Below, piece by piece: positions 9,501 through 17,429 of a stretch of 60,181 nucleotides of DNA. Position numbers and translations under genes: made by a program. The stretch is from Clostridia bacterium (GTDB lineage Bacteria > Bacillota > Clostridia > Oscillospirales > CAG-272): positions 1-60,181 of the forward strand of contig JAFYHA010000091.1 of the NCBI GenBank assembly GCA_017539425.1, written 5' to 3'. Below the pieces are notes generated by a model that worked only from the letters and a program-made list of their open reading frames with translations, ran no database searches and was not told the origin of the DNA. Numbering within the stretch: the stretch's first letter is position 1; each line of letters begins with the position of its first letter.

Positions 9501-10397
9501 GTGCTGAATAAGGAAACGCTCCGGGAAGGCATAGACTATCAGCTTGATTTCTCTGACCCCGTCCATGCCGGTACAGTCACCGTAACGGTGACCGGGATCG
9601 ACTCCTATCAGGGACAGCTCTTCCGGAACTACACCATAGGCAAGGCCACATTCCGGATCACGGTCAGGGACGAGACCAAGACCTACGGGGATCCGGATCC
9701 TGACTTCAGTACGGACGTAGAAGGGCTCTGCACGGGTGACACCTATACCTGTGACTATATCCGCTCACCGGGCGCCCATGTCGGAAAATATCCGGTCACG
9801 GTGAATGTACAGATTTCCGCAGACTATATCGTGTCCTCCGTTCCGGGCCTTCTGACCATCGCTCCCGCCGAACTCGTGGTGAAGACAGAATCTGCCGAAC
9901 GGATATTCAACGGGGAACCTCTGACCGCTCCCGGAAAGGTGGAAGGATTGAAAAATGACGAGACCGTGACGTTGAAGATGACCGGAAGCCGGACAGATAT
10001 CGGGGCCTCGGACAACACCTTTGAGCTGATCTTTGACGGGACCGCCGTTCAGACGGACTACACCGTCAGGTCGGAACTCGGCAAGCTGACCGTACTCAAA
10101 GCTCCGGAGACCGACCCGGAAACGGAAACACAAACCGAAACCGACAAGCCTTCCGGTCCCTCCACGGAAACCGAGACCGTCCCGTGGAACCGGGAAACGG
10201 ACGGACCCGGTGCGGAATCCGAAAAAGGACAGGATTCAGGCCATTCGGACCCGGAAACGGACGGAAAAGTCAAGGATATCCTGAGCCGCGCCCTGGGTTG
10301 CGGCTCGACGCTGAGCCCAGCATCCGGTATCCTGCTTTCCTTGGCCCTTGCTCTTGGCTCCGGCCTGATTCTCGCCCTTCGCAAAAAAGGATCTTAA
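6570..10397 (+). CDS. Surface adhesin-like protein: N-terminal TM, transglutaminase-like Cys protease core, DUF285/BspA-type 26-residue repeats, alternating MBG and Ig-like repeats, acidic linker, GCGS-TM-RKK tail
   Basis: 1275-aa ORF. Cys-His-Asp core: GVGVCQAYTSLY ... HIWNGIQI ... HVDVTWDD. 26-residue repeats: MSYQFYEMTQLSSLDVTGL..MFQYCSALTDLDLSTWDLS. MBG repeats: YGESDPLL..GTYRI..NYKV. The start may instead be the TTG at 6579, after GAGGTGA. Confidence 0.85.
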   Translation: MTDLKSYRILLSIAVILLAAVCVLLVLQLYKPDTSPVPDGQTVTLHLPVYSDDPVHSDVQLLASYTSPLTFNAELTEALREGLFNCESSISIADFNIPYSDEGIVTLQNSMSELIFLDADIFFIDPQNYNVSIQGGNIVSVIPTYLFVGNELTAARNDLKARLNAILNRVDPGFSDLEKALFLHDYLAENFEYDTTLENHNPYIMLTSGVGVCQAYTSLYAELLSRCGIESTYVKNDAINHIWNGIQIGGQSYHVDVTWDDSVGKSDGKVGHYFFLLSDDGLRSPNAPDSHGNGWQSRYTFQSTTYDQAFFKTAYSAFKYVAPYWYVIDEGMYLQKCSSYLTDPVQVLKIFNGVWKRYGSSVYYSGPFSGLGLNGDLLYYNTTEAIMSYNTGTGEVNSVYIYTDGGGYIYGSHVFDSVLYYTIGTTPDPENIVSRETLTLTLDDTVWQNQYQYELDDALSRIVLTKYKGSGKTLTVPASAAIGGKYYRTVLGPAAQKIDSIWYSVHSTLESLTFESGVIAAGDMSYQFYEMTQLSSLDVTGLITSDMANISHMFQYCSALTDLDLSTWDLSGLTDAVASPALLGCTALDTIRTPLRLALTIQLPNSDFRVYNPSTGKFTSDRYSSLPTGQTDSLYLKRDKRPTPIISLSNVTKSYDGQAISVPTCSTQSDGKKTFKYYSDPELQNSISRPKAAGVYYAVVTTAETASYLAGTSNTATLTINQASLIISVPSKTKAYGESDPLLIGTVTGLKNGEQMPITYSREPGEAVGTYRIIPNYTATDNYKVTEIVGTLTITAQSLTAASLTLEQTRFTYDRTEHEPGVTLTLSDRVLEPGTDYTVTYTDNTGAGSAKATVTGTGNYSGTLYKFFTIEKALVTIRADSLEKAVGDPDPVLTGVISGLCEGDDLHVTYSRTEGETVGSYSITPSYTENPNYVVAVYRGNLVIHRAEAIPITGAEVTLDQTSFVYSGTEQKPSVTVVLNKETLREGIDYQLDFSDPVHAGTVTVTVTGIDSYQGQLFRNYTIGKATFRITVRDETKTYGDPDPDFSTDVEGLCTGDTYTCDYIRSPGAHVGKYPVTVNVQISADYIVSSVPGLLTIAPAELVVKTESAERIFNGEPLTAPGKVEGLKNDETVTLKMTGSRTDIGASDNTFELIFDGTAVQTDYTVRSELGKLTVLKAPETDPETETQTETDKPSGPSTETETVPWNRETDGPGAESEKGQDSGHSDPETDGKVKDILSRALGCGSTLSPASGILLSLALALGSGLILALRKKGS

Positions 10398-10414
10398 TCG
10401 CGTTTCGTTTTTCT

Positions 10415-10458
10415 AAAAAAGCCCGGGCCGCTGCTTTCACAGCGGTCCGGTGCTTTTT
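10415..10458. terminator. Bidirectional hairpin terminator
   Basis: AAAAAA GCCCGGGCCGCTG ctttca CAGCGGTCCGGTGC TTTTT. It sits between convergent transcription units. Confidence 0.75.
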
Positions 10459-10622
10459 GTGGTTCTTCACATTTTTGTGTGTTTGCTAACCGCAAACAAA
10501 GGCATTTATTCCACGGTCCGCTTGACAATGAGCCTCTGGCGGTGTGATTCAATGCAGGCACCGGCAGTTGTGTAGCGTTTCGCCCCTGCCCGCTTTCCAC
10601 GAGAGGATATCACGCCGTCCTC

Positions 10623-10715
10623 TCATTGTAAAGCGGCTTTCGCGGCATAAATGCAAACACACAAATTTATGAAAAAACACACGAAGTTATGAAGAGCTAA
10701 TCTTTTGTTGTCCAT
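10623..10715 (-). CDS. Candidate 30-aa hydrophobic small protein (MDNKRLALHNFVCFFINLCVCIYAAKAALQ)
   Basis: ATG at 10715 with AGGAG (10724-10728) 8 nt upstream. One predicted TM helix. Lies in an AT-rich spacer downstream of the GAF gene. I recognised no homology. Confidence 0.3.
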   Translation of the reverse strand: MDNKRLALHNFVCFFINLCVCIYAAKAALQ

Positions 10716-10839
10716 ATTATTTACTCCTGTGTAATTTACTCTTTCGTAAACAATATTTAAGCTTAATTGTAAAGCCCAATTTCGCTTTTTGATGCAAGAA
10801 AACAGAAAAGATCCTTTTTTGCCCTCTGTGGGAAAGCTT

Positions 10840-11307
10840 TCACAAACCGGACACATTCACATCCGGAAGGCATTTTTCCAGTGTACGGCAGAATTGTTCC
10901 AGCCCCGCTTCGTCCAGCGCGGAAAACCTGTCCGTGACCGGGCTGTCCAGGTCCAACACCCCGACGATCTTTCCGCCGATGCGAAAGGGAATCACGATCT
11001 CGGAACGGCTGGCACCGTCGCAGGCAATGTGCCCGGGAAACGCGTGAACGTCCGGCACGCGCAGGGTCTTTTCCTGTTTCCAGGCCTGGCCGCATACTCC
11101 CTTTCCGAATGGAATCTCGGTGCAGGCCGGTCTCCCCTGAAACGGGCCCAGGAACAGCGTCCGGTTATGGACAAGATAGAATCCGGCCCAGTTCAATTCA
11201 GGCAGGGATTGATACAGCAGTGCGGACGCGTTGGCCAGAATGCTGATTCCGCTTTTCACAGACTCGGAAAGGGAATCCAGCTGCCGGCAAAGCAGTTCAT
11301 AATCCAT
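10840..11307 (-). CDS. msrC: GAF-domain free methionine-(R)-sulfoxide reductase (YebR/MsrC family)
   Basis: NWAGFYLV...LFLGPFQGRPACTEIPFGKGVCG...VPDVHAFPGHIACDGASRSEIVIP. Start moved to the ATG at 11307, preceded by GGAGG. The ORF-track N-terminal extension is unsupported. Confidence 0.75.
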   Translation of the reverse strand: MDYELLCRQLDSLSESVKSGISILANASALLYQSLPELNWAGFYLVHNRTLFLGPFQGRPACTEIPFGKGVCGQAWKQEKTLRVPDVHAFPGHIACDGASRSEIVIPFRIGGKIVGVLDLDSPVTDRFSALDEAGLEQFCRTLEKCLPDVNVSGL

Positions 11308-11419
11308 AGATACGGACCTCCAAAACGTTGTTGTATCCATTATACATCTATCGGGCCGGTTGTGTGCGGTCATTCCCAAAAAGTTTGCCTACCTTTTTCT
11401 GTTGCCGGGTTCTTTTTTG

Positions 11420-11448
11420 TTGACACTGTTTTTCTTTGGTTGTATAAT
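11420..11448 (+). promoter_or_regulatory. Consensus sigma-A promoter for the transporter/acetyltransferase pair
   Basis: TTGACA, 17-nt spacer, TATAAT (perfect). Confidence 0.75.
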
Positions 11449-11514
11449 GATTCAGTAGAGAACGGAAGGTTTTGCGGCCTTCCGTAAGCTCTTGCCGACA
11501 GAGGTCTTATAACT

Positions 11515-12855
11515 ATGTCCGATAACGAAACGCAACCCAAAGTCCGCTTTTCAGCGGTGTTCAATTTCCGTGAGGATGACGCGAAAGCCAGGATCTATAT
11601 TCTGGTCTCCACGGCACTCCAGAACGTGCTCGTCTACCTCACGACCGGCTATTTCTACACCGGTTTTCTTCGCGGTTACGGAATCGACATCATCGACACC
11701 AACATTCTGACATTCATTCCGTTCGCGGCCAGCCTGTTCCTGATCTTCACGCCCAGTCTGCTGACCCGCTTTCCCAAAAGGAAGTGGATCCTTGCCTCGT
11801 TCAAATTCATATACTACCTCTGCATTTTTGTCGGGATCAATATTCTTCCTGAGATCGTAACGGATCCGACGGGCCGTCTGTGGGGCATGATCCTGCTCAC
11901 CTTCGTGGGCAGCGTATTCAGCGTCATCGCGACGGCCGGATACAGTGCCTGGCACATCCGCTATGAGCAGGAGCACATCCGCTCCTACTTCCTGTCCCTG
12001 ACCCAGATCATCGGTGCTACGATGGCCGGCATCTTCTCGATCGTATCCGGTCTTCTGACGGATTCGTTCTCCTCAGATCCGCAGGCCCAGCTCACCTTTC
12101 TGATCATCCTGCGCTACATCGCGTTCGGGATCGGGATCCTGGACTGCATCTTTCTTCTTCTGCCGAAGGAAGTCGAATACCCTCTCATACACGCACCTCG
12201 GATCAGTGACATTTTCCTGATCCCCATGCGGGACCGCAAGTATATGCTGACGATGGTCATCGTGTTCCTCTGGACCTTCGGTACCAATCTCAGTGCGGCG
12301 TCCCTCGCCTACTATCTGCTCGACACGATCGGGATGAGCTATACCTTCTACAATATCATCATCCTGCTCTATGCCGTTATTTTCATACCGGTCGCGCCGT
12401 TCTGGCGGAAACTGATCGACCGGACTTCCTGGTTCCGGGTCTTCGTCATCGGGATGCTGATCGTAGGACCGACACAGATCGTATACGGATTCGTCCAGCC
12501 CGACCACTATATCGTGCTGGTCCTCGTCGTGAGGATCCTGCAGCATATCGCCGGAGCCGGGCACAATATCGCATTCGCAAACTTCCAGTTCATCAATATG
12601 CCTGTCACCAACCGGACCTGCTATACGTCCTTCTACAACGTTGTCTACCAGACCGGATCCATGATCGGGGTCATAACGGGTATCGTCTTCCTGAACCTGA
12701 CACAGAACTGGTCGTTCACGGCCTTCCACTACACCTATACGTCCGGAGTCCCGTTCCTGATCATCCTGTCCGGCGTGATCGATCTGATGATTGCGCTGTA
12801 TATCGTGATCTTCCGAAGGCACCTGGAGCCGGACAAGACTACAGAACACGCCTGA
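11515..12855 (+). CDS. 12-TM secondary transporter (MFS/GPH-like)
   Basis: 446-aa ORF, hydrophobic throughout with about 12 helices. Followed 19 nt later by a sugar O-acetyltransferase, a lacY-lacA-like arrangement. Confidence 0.6.
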   Translation: MSDNETQPKVRFSAVFNFREDDAKARIYILVSTALQNVLVYLTTGYFYTGFLRGYGIDIIDTNILTFIPFAASLFLIFTPSLLTRFPKRKWILASFKFIYYLCIFVGINILPEIVTDPTGRLWGMILLTFVGSVFSVIATAGYSAWHIRYEQEHIRSYFLSLTQIIGATMAGIFSIVSGLLTDSFSSDPQAQLTFLIILRYIAFGIGILDCIFLLLPKEVEYPLIHAPRISDIFLIPMRDRKYMLTMVIVFLWTFGTNLSAASLAYYLLDTIGMSYTFYNIIILLYAVIFIPVAPFWRKLIDRTSWFRVFVIGMLIVGPTQIVYGFVQPDHYIVLVLVVRILQHIAGAGHNIAFANFQFINMPVTNRTCYTSFYNVVYQTGSMIGVITGIVFLNLTQNWSFTAFHYTYTSGVPFLIILSGVIDLMIALYIVIFRRHLEPDKTTEHA

Positions 12856-12874
12856 CCGCGGCAAGGAGCAATTC

Positions 12875-13522
12875 ATGACCGAACAAGAAAAAATCGACGC
12901 CGGGATCCTGTTCTTCCCGGGCGACCCGAAACTGGTCGCCGTCAAATGCAGAACGCACAAGCTCAACCAGGACTTCAACAGACTGTATGAAGACCAGGTC
13001 GAAGAGAGGGAAGCCGTCATCAAAAAGATCCTGGGATCCATAGGAGAAGGGACCCGGTTCCAGGGACCGATCCGCTTCCATTACGGCGTACACACCCATG
13101 TCGGTGCCCACTGCTTCTTCAATTTCAACATCACCATCCAGGATGACGCACAGGTCTATATCGGTGACCACTGCGATTTCGGTCCGAACGTGACCATCGT
13201 CACGCCGATTCATCCGATGCTGGCAGACGAGCGAGTAGGCATTACACTCCCGACCGGCGAAACACGGCGCCTCTGCTATGCCAAGCCCGTCCGCATCGGA
13301 AACAATTGCTGGTTCGGCGCCAATGCCGTCATTCTTCCCGGCGTCACGATCGGGGACAACTGCGTCATCGGCTCCGGAAGCGTGGTCACCAGGGATGTTC
13401 CTCCGGACTCTTTCGTGGCCGGAAACCCGGCGCGCCTCATCCGCAAGCTGACAGAGCAGGACAGCCTGTATTACAAGCCCGAGGTCTGGGGCGACATCAC
13501 CATTCCCAAGCCGGAAGAATAG
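12875..13522 (+). CDS. maa: Maltose/galactoside O-acetyltransferase (left-handed beta-helix hexapeptide transferase)
   Basis: N-terminal Mac domain (EKIDAGILFFPGDPKL). Hexapeptide repeats IGNNCWFGANAVILPGVTIGDNCVIGSGSVV. AAGGAG RBS. Confidence 0.8.
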   Translation: MTEQEKIDAGILFFPGDPKLVAVKCRTHKLNQDFNRLYEDQVEEREAVIKKILGSIGEGTRFQGPIRFHYGVHTHVGAHCFFNFNITIQDDAQVYIGDHCDFGPNVTIVTPIHPMLADERVGITLPTGETRRLCYAKPVRIGNNCWFGANAVILPGVTIGDNCVIGSGSVVTRDVPPDSFVAGNPARLIRKLTEQDSLYYKPEVWGDITIPKPEE

Positions 13523-13671
13523 ACCGTGTTTTTTTCATTTTTCCGCCCTGATTTTTGCGTTTTCTTCCCACGGAAGCCCGTGATAATGGTATACTAATAG
13601 AGTGTTTTGTCCGTTTCCGTACACCGTAAGTTCTGCTCTTCCGGTTACTGTCGGTTCTTTGGAGGATCCTT

Positions 13672-15165
13672 ATGTATAAAGTTGCGTTTGACAACAACCT
13701 GTATATCAAGATGCAGTCCGAGAAAATCAAGGAACGCATCGCCCATTTCGGAGGCAAGCTCTATCTGGAATTCGGGGGTAAACTGTTTGACGATTACCAC
13801 GCGTCCAGAGTCCTGCCCGGCTTTGAACCGGACAGCAAGGTGCGGATGCTCAGCGAACTGAAGGACGATGCGGAAGTCGTGATCGTCATCAATGCGGACG
13901 ACATCGAGAAGAACAAGGAACGGGGAGATCTGTCCATCACTTACGATCAGGACGTGCTCCGGCTGATCGACGCCTTCCGGGGAATCGGTCTGTTCGTGGG
14001 CTCGGTCGTACTGACCCGGTACAAGGAGCAGGCCTCCGCCATGCATTTTGAATCCAGGCTTCACGATCTGGGCATCCGGGTCTACCGCCACTACTCGATT
14101 CCGGGTTACCCGGCGGATCTGGACACCATCGTCAGCGACAACGGATACGGCAAGAACGACTATATCGAGACCGAGCGCAATCTGGTCGTCATCACGGCGC
14201 CCGGCCCGGGCTCGGGCAAGATGGCGACCTGCCTGTCCCAGCTCTATCACGATCACAAGCGCGGACTTCGCTCAGGCTATGCCAAATTCGAGACCTTCCC
14301 GATCTGGAACATTCCTCTTTCCCATCCGGTCAACATCGCCTATGAGGCCGCCACGGCAGACCTCAATGACGTGAATATGATCGACCCCTATCATCTGGAG
14401 GCCTACGGTCAGACCACGGTCAACTACAACCGGGACGTGGAGATCTTTCCGGTCGTTTCCGCCATGCTCAAACTGGTCAGCGGAGAAGAGTGTCCCTACA
14501 AGTCCCCGACCGATATGGGCGTCAATATGGCCGGTTACTGCATCATCGATGACGAGGCCGCCCGCAATGCGTCCGAGGACGAAATCATCCGGAGGTATTA
14601 CGCCGCTCTCATCGACCAGAGGCGGGGCAAATCCGACGGTTCGGAAGTCCTCAAGATCAAGCTCCTGATGAACAAAGCCGGCATCACGACAGACAAGCGG
14701 TCCTGCATCAAGGCCGCTCTGGACAAGGCAGAATCGACCGGTGCTCCGGCCGTGGGCTGGGAACTGCCCAACGGCACCATCGTGACCGGAAAGACGTCCT
14801 CTCTCATGGGCGCAGTCTCCGCAGCGCTGATCAATGCACTCAAGGTCGTGTCCCGTATTCCGGATGACATCCAGCTGATCTCCGAAGATATCCTGGCTCC
14901 GGTCCAGGATCTCAAGGTCAACTACCTGGGTAATCACAATCCCAGGCTCCATACCGATGAGGTCCTGATCGCGCTCGCCATTTCCGCCCAGACCAATCCG
15001 GTCGCCAAGAGGGCATTCAAGAGCATCGGCAAACTCAAGAACAGTGAAGTCCACTCCACGGTCATCCTGTCCCAGGTGGACGAAAACGTTCTCAAGAAAC
15101 TGGGATGCCATCTGACCTGCGAACCGGTCTACCAGACCAAGAAGCTCTTTCACGGTTCGAACTGA
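13672..15165 (+). CDS. UPF0371/DUF1846 family protein
   Basis: The N-terminus FDNNLYIKMQSEKIKERIAHFGGKLYLEFGGKLFDDYHASRVLPGFEPD is characteristic of UPF0371. 497 aa. GGAGG RBS. Confidence 0.8.
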   Translation: MYKVAFDNNLYIKMQSEKIKERIAHFGGKLYLEFGGKLFDDYHASRVLPGFEPDSKVRMLSELKDDAEVVIVINADDIEKNKERGDLSITYDQDVLRLIDAFRGIGLFVGSVVLTRYKEQASAMHFESRLHDLGIRVYRHYSIPGYPADLDTIVSDNGYGKNDYIETERNLVVITAPGPGSGKMATCLSQLYHDHKRGLRSGYAKFETFPIWNIPLSHPVNIAYEAATADLNDVNMIDPYHLEAYGQTTVNYNRDVEIFPVVSAMLKLVSGEECPYKSPTDMGVNMAGYCIIDDEAARNASEDEIIRRYYAALIDQRRGKSDGSEVLKIKLLMNKAGITTDKRSCIKAALDKAESTGAPAVGWELPNGTIVTGKTSSLMGAVSAALINALKVVSRIPDDIQLISEDILAPVQDLKVNYLGNHNPRLHTDEVLIALAISAQTNPVAKRAFKSIGKLKNSEVHSTVILSQVDENVLKKLGCHLTCEPVYQTKKLFHGSN

Positions 15166-15186
15166 TTCTTTCTCACAGCGATTGCC

Positions 15187-15221
15187 AAAAAGCGGCCGCC
15201 CTTTGGGGCAGCCGCTTTCTT
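15187..15221. terminator. Bidirectional terminator
   Basis: AAAAAGCGGCCGCCC tttg GGGCAGCCGCTTTCTT between convergent genes. Confidence 0.8.
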
Positions 15222-15237
15222 GACACTCGTATATGGA

Positions 15238-16383
15238 TCAGTGGATGTTGAATACGCTCGTTCCGCAGACCAGTTCGTTGCGGTCGATCATCTCCAGAGC
15301 AATCCTGGCGATCTCCGGATCGAACTGCTTGCCGATCCCTTTTTCAATCTCCTTGTGGATCACGTCGGGAGGAAGTTTGGAACGGAACGGACGGTCGCTC
15401 GCCATAGCGTCGAACGAGTCCGCGATTGCGATGATCCGGGAAGACAGGGGAATCTCTTCTCCCTTGAGCCCGTCCGGATATCCCGTCCCGTCATACCGCT
15501 CGTGATGACACCGGGCATCCACAGCCAGATGGGGAAGATCCGAGAAATGCTTGAGGATGTTGGAACCGGTGACCGTATGCTGCTGCACCTTGAACCGTTC
15601 CTCGGGCGAAAGGGCACCCGGCTTGAGGAGCAGCTCGTCCAGAACGCCGATCTTTCCAATATCATGGACCGTGGCGGACTGATGGATCTTTTCGATCACG
15701 TCCTCAGGCAGACCCATGCGTCTGGCGATATTGGCCGCATAGTCCGCTACGCGAAGGGACCGGCCCTTGGTATAGACGTCCTTGTCGTCCACGGTGATGG
15801 CCGTGGCCTCGATCGTGTCATAGGCCAGAACCTTGGTCTGGTTGTTGTGCCGCATGATGTTTTCGTTGTTCTTCATATCCTGGCGATACCGTTTGCTGTA
15901 CAGGGAAGTGCCGATGCACAGCCCGGTATAGAACAGGACCAGAATCAGGATCTGGGCGATGGCCAGACCGGCGTTTCCTTCGGTCAGCCCCACATAGACG
16001 CTGTAGGCGTTGCAGAGTACGGCGCCGATGCTGAGAAGTAAGCACTGGATCGGTTTCTTGAACAGGAAGAAAAGAACGGATAGGGGCAGGACCACGGCAA
16101 AATAAGCCGGGTAGATGGTCTTGGTCAGCATCATCCATGCGTACGGGATCAGTATCCCGACGATGGCAATCACGCTCAGGGCCGGCGAATCTTTCTTAAT
16201 CAGGAAAAGGACGGCGTATGCTATGAGAGGAGAGAACAGCCCAGTCAGGAAGAAGATCGCATACTTGTAATCGACAGGCTCGGTGAGCATAAAGCCCAGA
16301 AAGTAGAGAACCGCGAGGGCTGCAGCCAGAATGGTCCAGCCGATCAGGTACAGCAAATGTGTCTGCTTGGTTTCCTGTTGCAT
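15238..16383 (-). CDS. Membrane-anchored HD-GYP domain protein (putative c-di-GMP phosphodiesterase) with 6-TM N-terminal domain
   Basis: HDIGKIGV ... HHERYDGTGYPDGL motifs. Six hydrophobic helices in the first ~190 aa. AAGGAG RBS. Confidence 0.85.
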   Translation of the reverse strand: MQQETKQTHLLYLIGWTILAAALAVLYFLGFMLTEPVDYKYAIFFLTGLFSPLIAYAVLFLIKKDSPALSVIAIVGILIPYAWMMLTKTIYPAYFAVVLPLSVLFFLFKKPIQCLLLSIGAVLCNAYSVYVGLTEGNAGLAIAQILILVLFYTGLCIGTSLYSKRYRQDMKNNENIMRHNNQTKVLAYDTIEATAITVDDKDVYTKGRSLRVADYAANIARRMGLPEDVIEKIHQSATVHDIGKIGVLDELLLKPGALSPEERFKVQQHTVTGSNILKHFSDLPHLAVDARCHHERYDGTGYPDGLKGEEIPLSSRIIAIADSFDAMASDRPFRSKLPPDVIHKEIEKGIGKQFDPEIARIALEMIDRNELVCGTSVFNIH

Positions 16384-16440
16384 ATCTTTGACTCCTTGAT
16401 TGGTGGTTTTTTTGTTTTTTCGGAATTGCCGGCTGACGGC

Positions 16441-16469
16441 TTGACAAAGCCGTTTCCGGGTTGTATAAT
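16441..16469 (+). promoter_or_regulatory. Consensus sigma-A promoter for tRNA-Gly
   Basis: TTGACA, 17-nt spacer, TATAAT (perfect), ending 14 nt before the tRNA 5' end. Confidence 0.8.
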
Positions 16470-16483
16470 TATTTATGCTCTGT

Positions 16484-16554
16484 GCGGATATAGTCTAATG
16501 GTAAAACTCCAGCTTCCCAAGCTGGCCACGCGGGTTCGATTCCCGTTATCCGCT
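16484..16554 (+). tRNA. tRNA-Gly (anticodon CCC), CCA not encoded
   Basis: Cloverleaf read by eye: acceptor stem GCGGATA/TATCCGC, anticodon stem CCAGC/GCTGG with loop TTCCCAA, T arm GCGGG TTCGATT CCCGT. 71 nt. Confidence 0.9.
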
Positions 16555-16559
16555 GCTTG

Positions 16560-16592
16560 ACAAGGCGACGCGCAGTCGCCTTGTTGTTTTTT
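16560..16592 (+). terminator. Intrinsic terminator after tRNA-Gly
   Basis: ACAAGGCGAC gcgca GTCGCCTTGT followed by TGTTTTTT. Confidence 0.85.
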
Positions 16593-16596
16593 CTGG

Positions 16597-17373
16597 ATGT
16601 GTATTATGCCTACGTTGAAAGTCATGTCATTCAATATGCGGAATGACTATTCGCCGGACGGGATCAATGTCTTTCCCAACCGTAAGCCCCGTATCCTGGA
16701 AATGCTGGCCCGGGAACAGCCGGACCTCATCGGCACCCAGGAAACCACGGACAATATGCGGGATTTCCTCAGGGATGAACTGAAAGGGTACACCCTGTAC
16801 GGATGCGGCCGGGAAGCCGACTACCGCGGGGAGCACAATCTGATCCTTCTGAAAAACGGACGCTTCGAGGTCGTGGAGATGCGGAACGAGGCGCTGTCCT
16901 TTGAACCGGGCAGACCCGGGACCACCTTTGGCGGCGACCAGAGCACCTGTTCAAGGATGTATACCTATCTTCGGATCAAGCCTTCGGACGGGGAAGTCTT
17001 TCAGATGGTCAACACCCATCTGGACCATGTCGGCCGCCAGGCCAGAAAATTCGGGATGGCCCAGATCCTTCAGCACCTCTCCGTTCGTCAGGAAAAATGG
17101 ATCCTCACAGGAGACATGAATGCCTTTCCGGACTCAGAGGAGATCCGGATGGTCACCGCCATACCGGGGCATCCGGTCACGGATTGCACGGACGGTCTGG
17201 AAAGGACCTATCACGGATACGGGACCGCTCCCTTGCATGAGGGGCGGATCGATTACATCTTTACGGACGGTATCTGCGATCCTGCAAATTCCTACGCCGT
17301 GCCCGATCCGGTCACGGAGGGAGTGTACTATTCGGATCATCAGGCCGTTTGCGCCTTCGTGACCCTGCCGTAA
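16597..17373 (+). CDS. Endonuclease/exonuclease/phosphatase (EEP) family protein
   Basis: LKVMSFNMRND ... TQE ... NTHLDH ... TGDMNA ... YSDHQAV catalytic motifs. No obvious RBS, so the start could be 16597 or 16606. Confidence 0.8.
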   Translation: MCIMPTLKVMSFNMRNDYSPDGINVFPNRKPRILEMLAREQPDLIGTQETTDNMRDFLRDELKGYTLYGCGREADYRGEHNLILLKNGRFEVVEMRNEALSFEPGRPGTTFGGDQSTCSRMYTYLRIKPSDGEVFQMVNTHLDHVGRQARKFGMAQILQHLSVRQEKWILTGDMNAFPDSEEIRMVTAIPGHPVTDCTDGLERTYHGYGTAPLHEGRIDYIFTDGICDPANSYAVPDPVTEGVYYSDHQAVCAFVTLP

Positions 17374-17429
17374 AACCCAAGCGGAACATTTGGACGGTCG
17401 TACAGGTTTTGTCCTGTATGACCGTTTTC

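Noticed and set aside
10522-10550. TTGACA hexamer in the spacer after the adhesin gene, as a possible sRNA promoter
   Set aside because: No acceptable -10 (TAnnnT) is present at 16-19 nt spacing.
16484-17373. tRNA-Gly as a possible integration hotspot, with the downstream EEP gene as island cargo
   Set aside because: There is no integrase, no duplicated tRNA 3' end (att-like repeat) downstream, and no obvious GC shift in the EEP gene.
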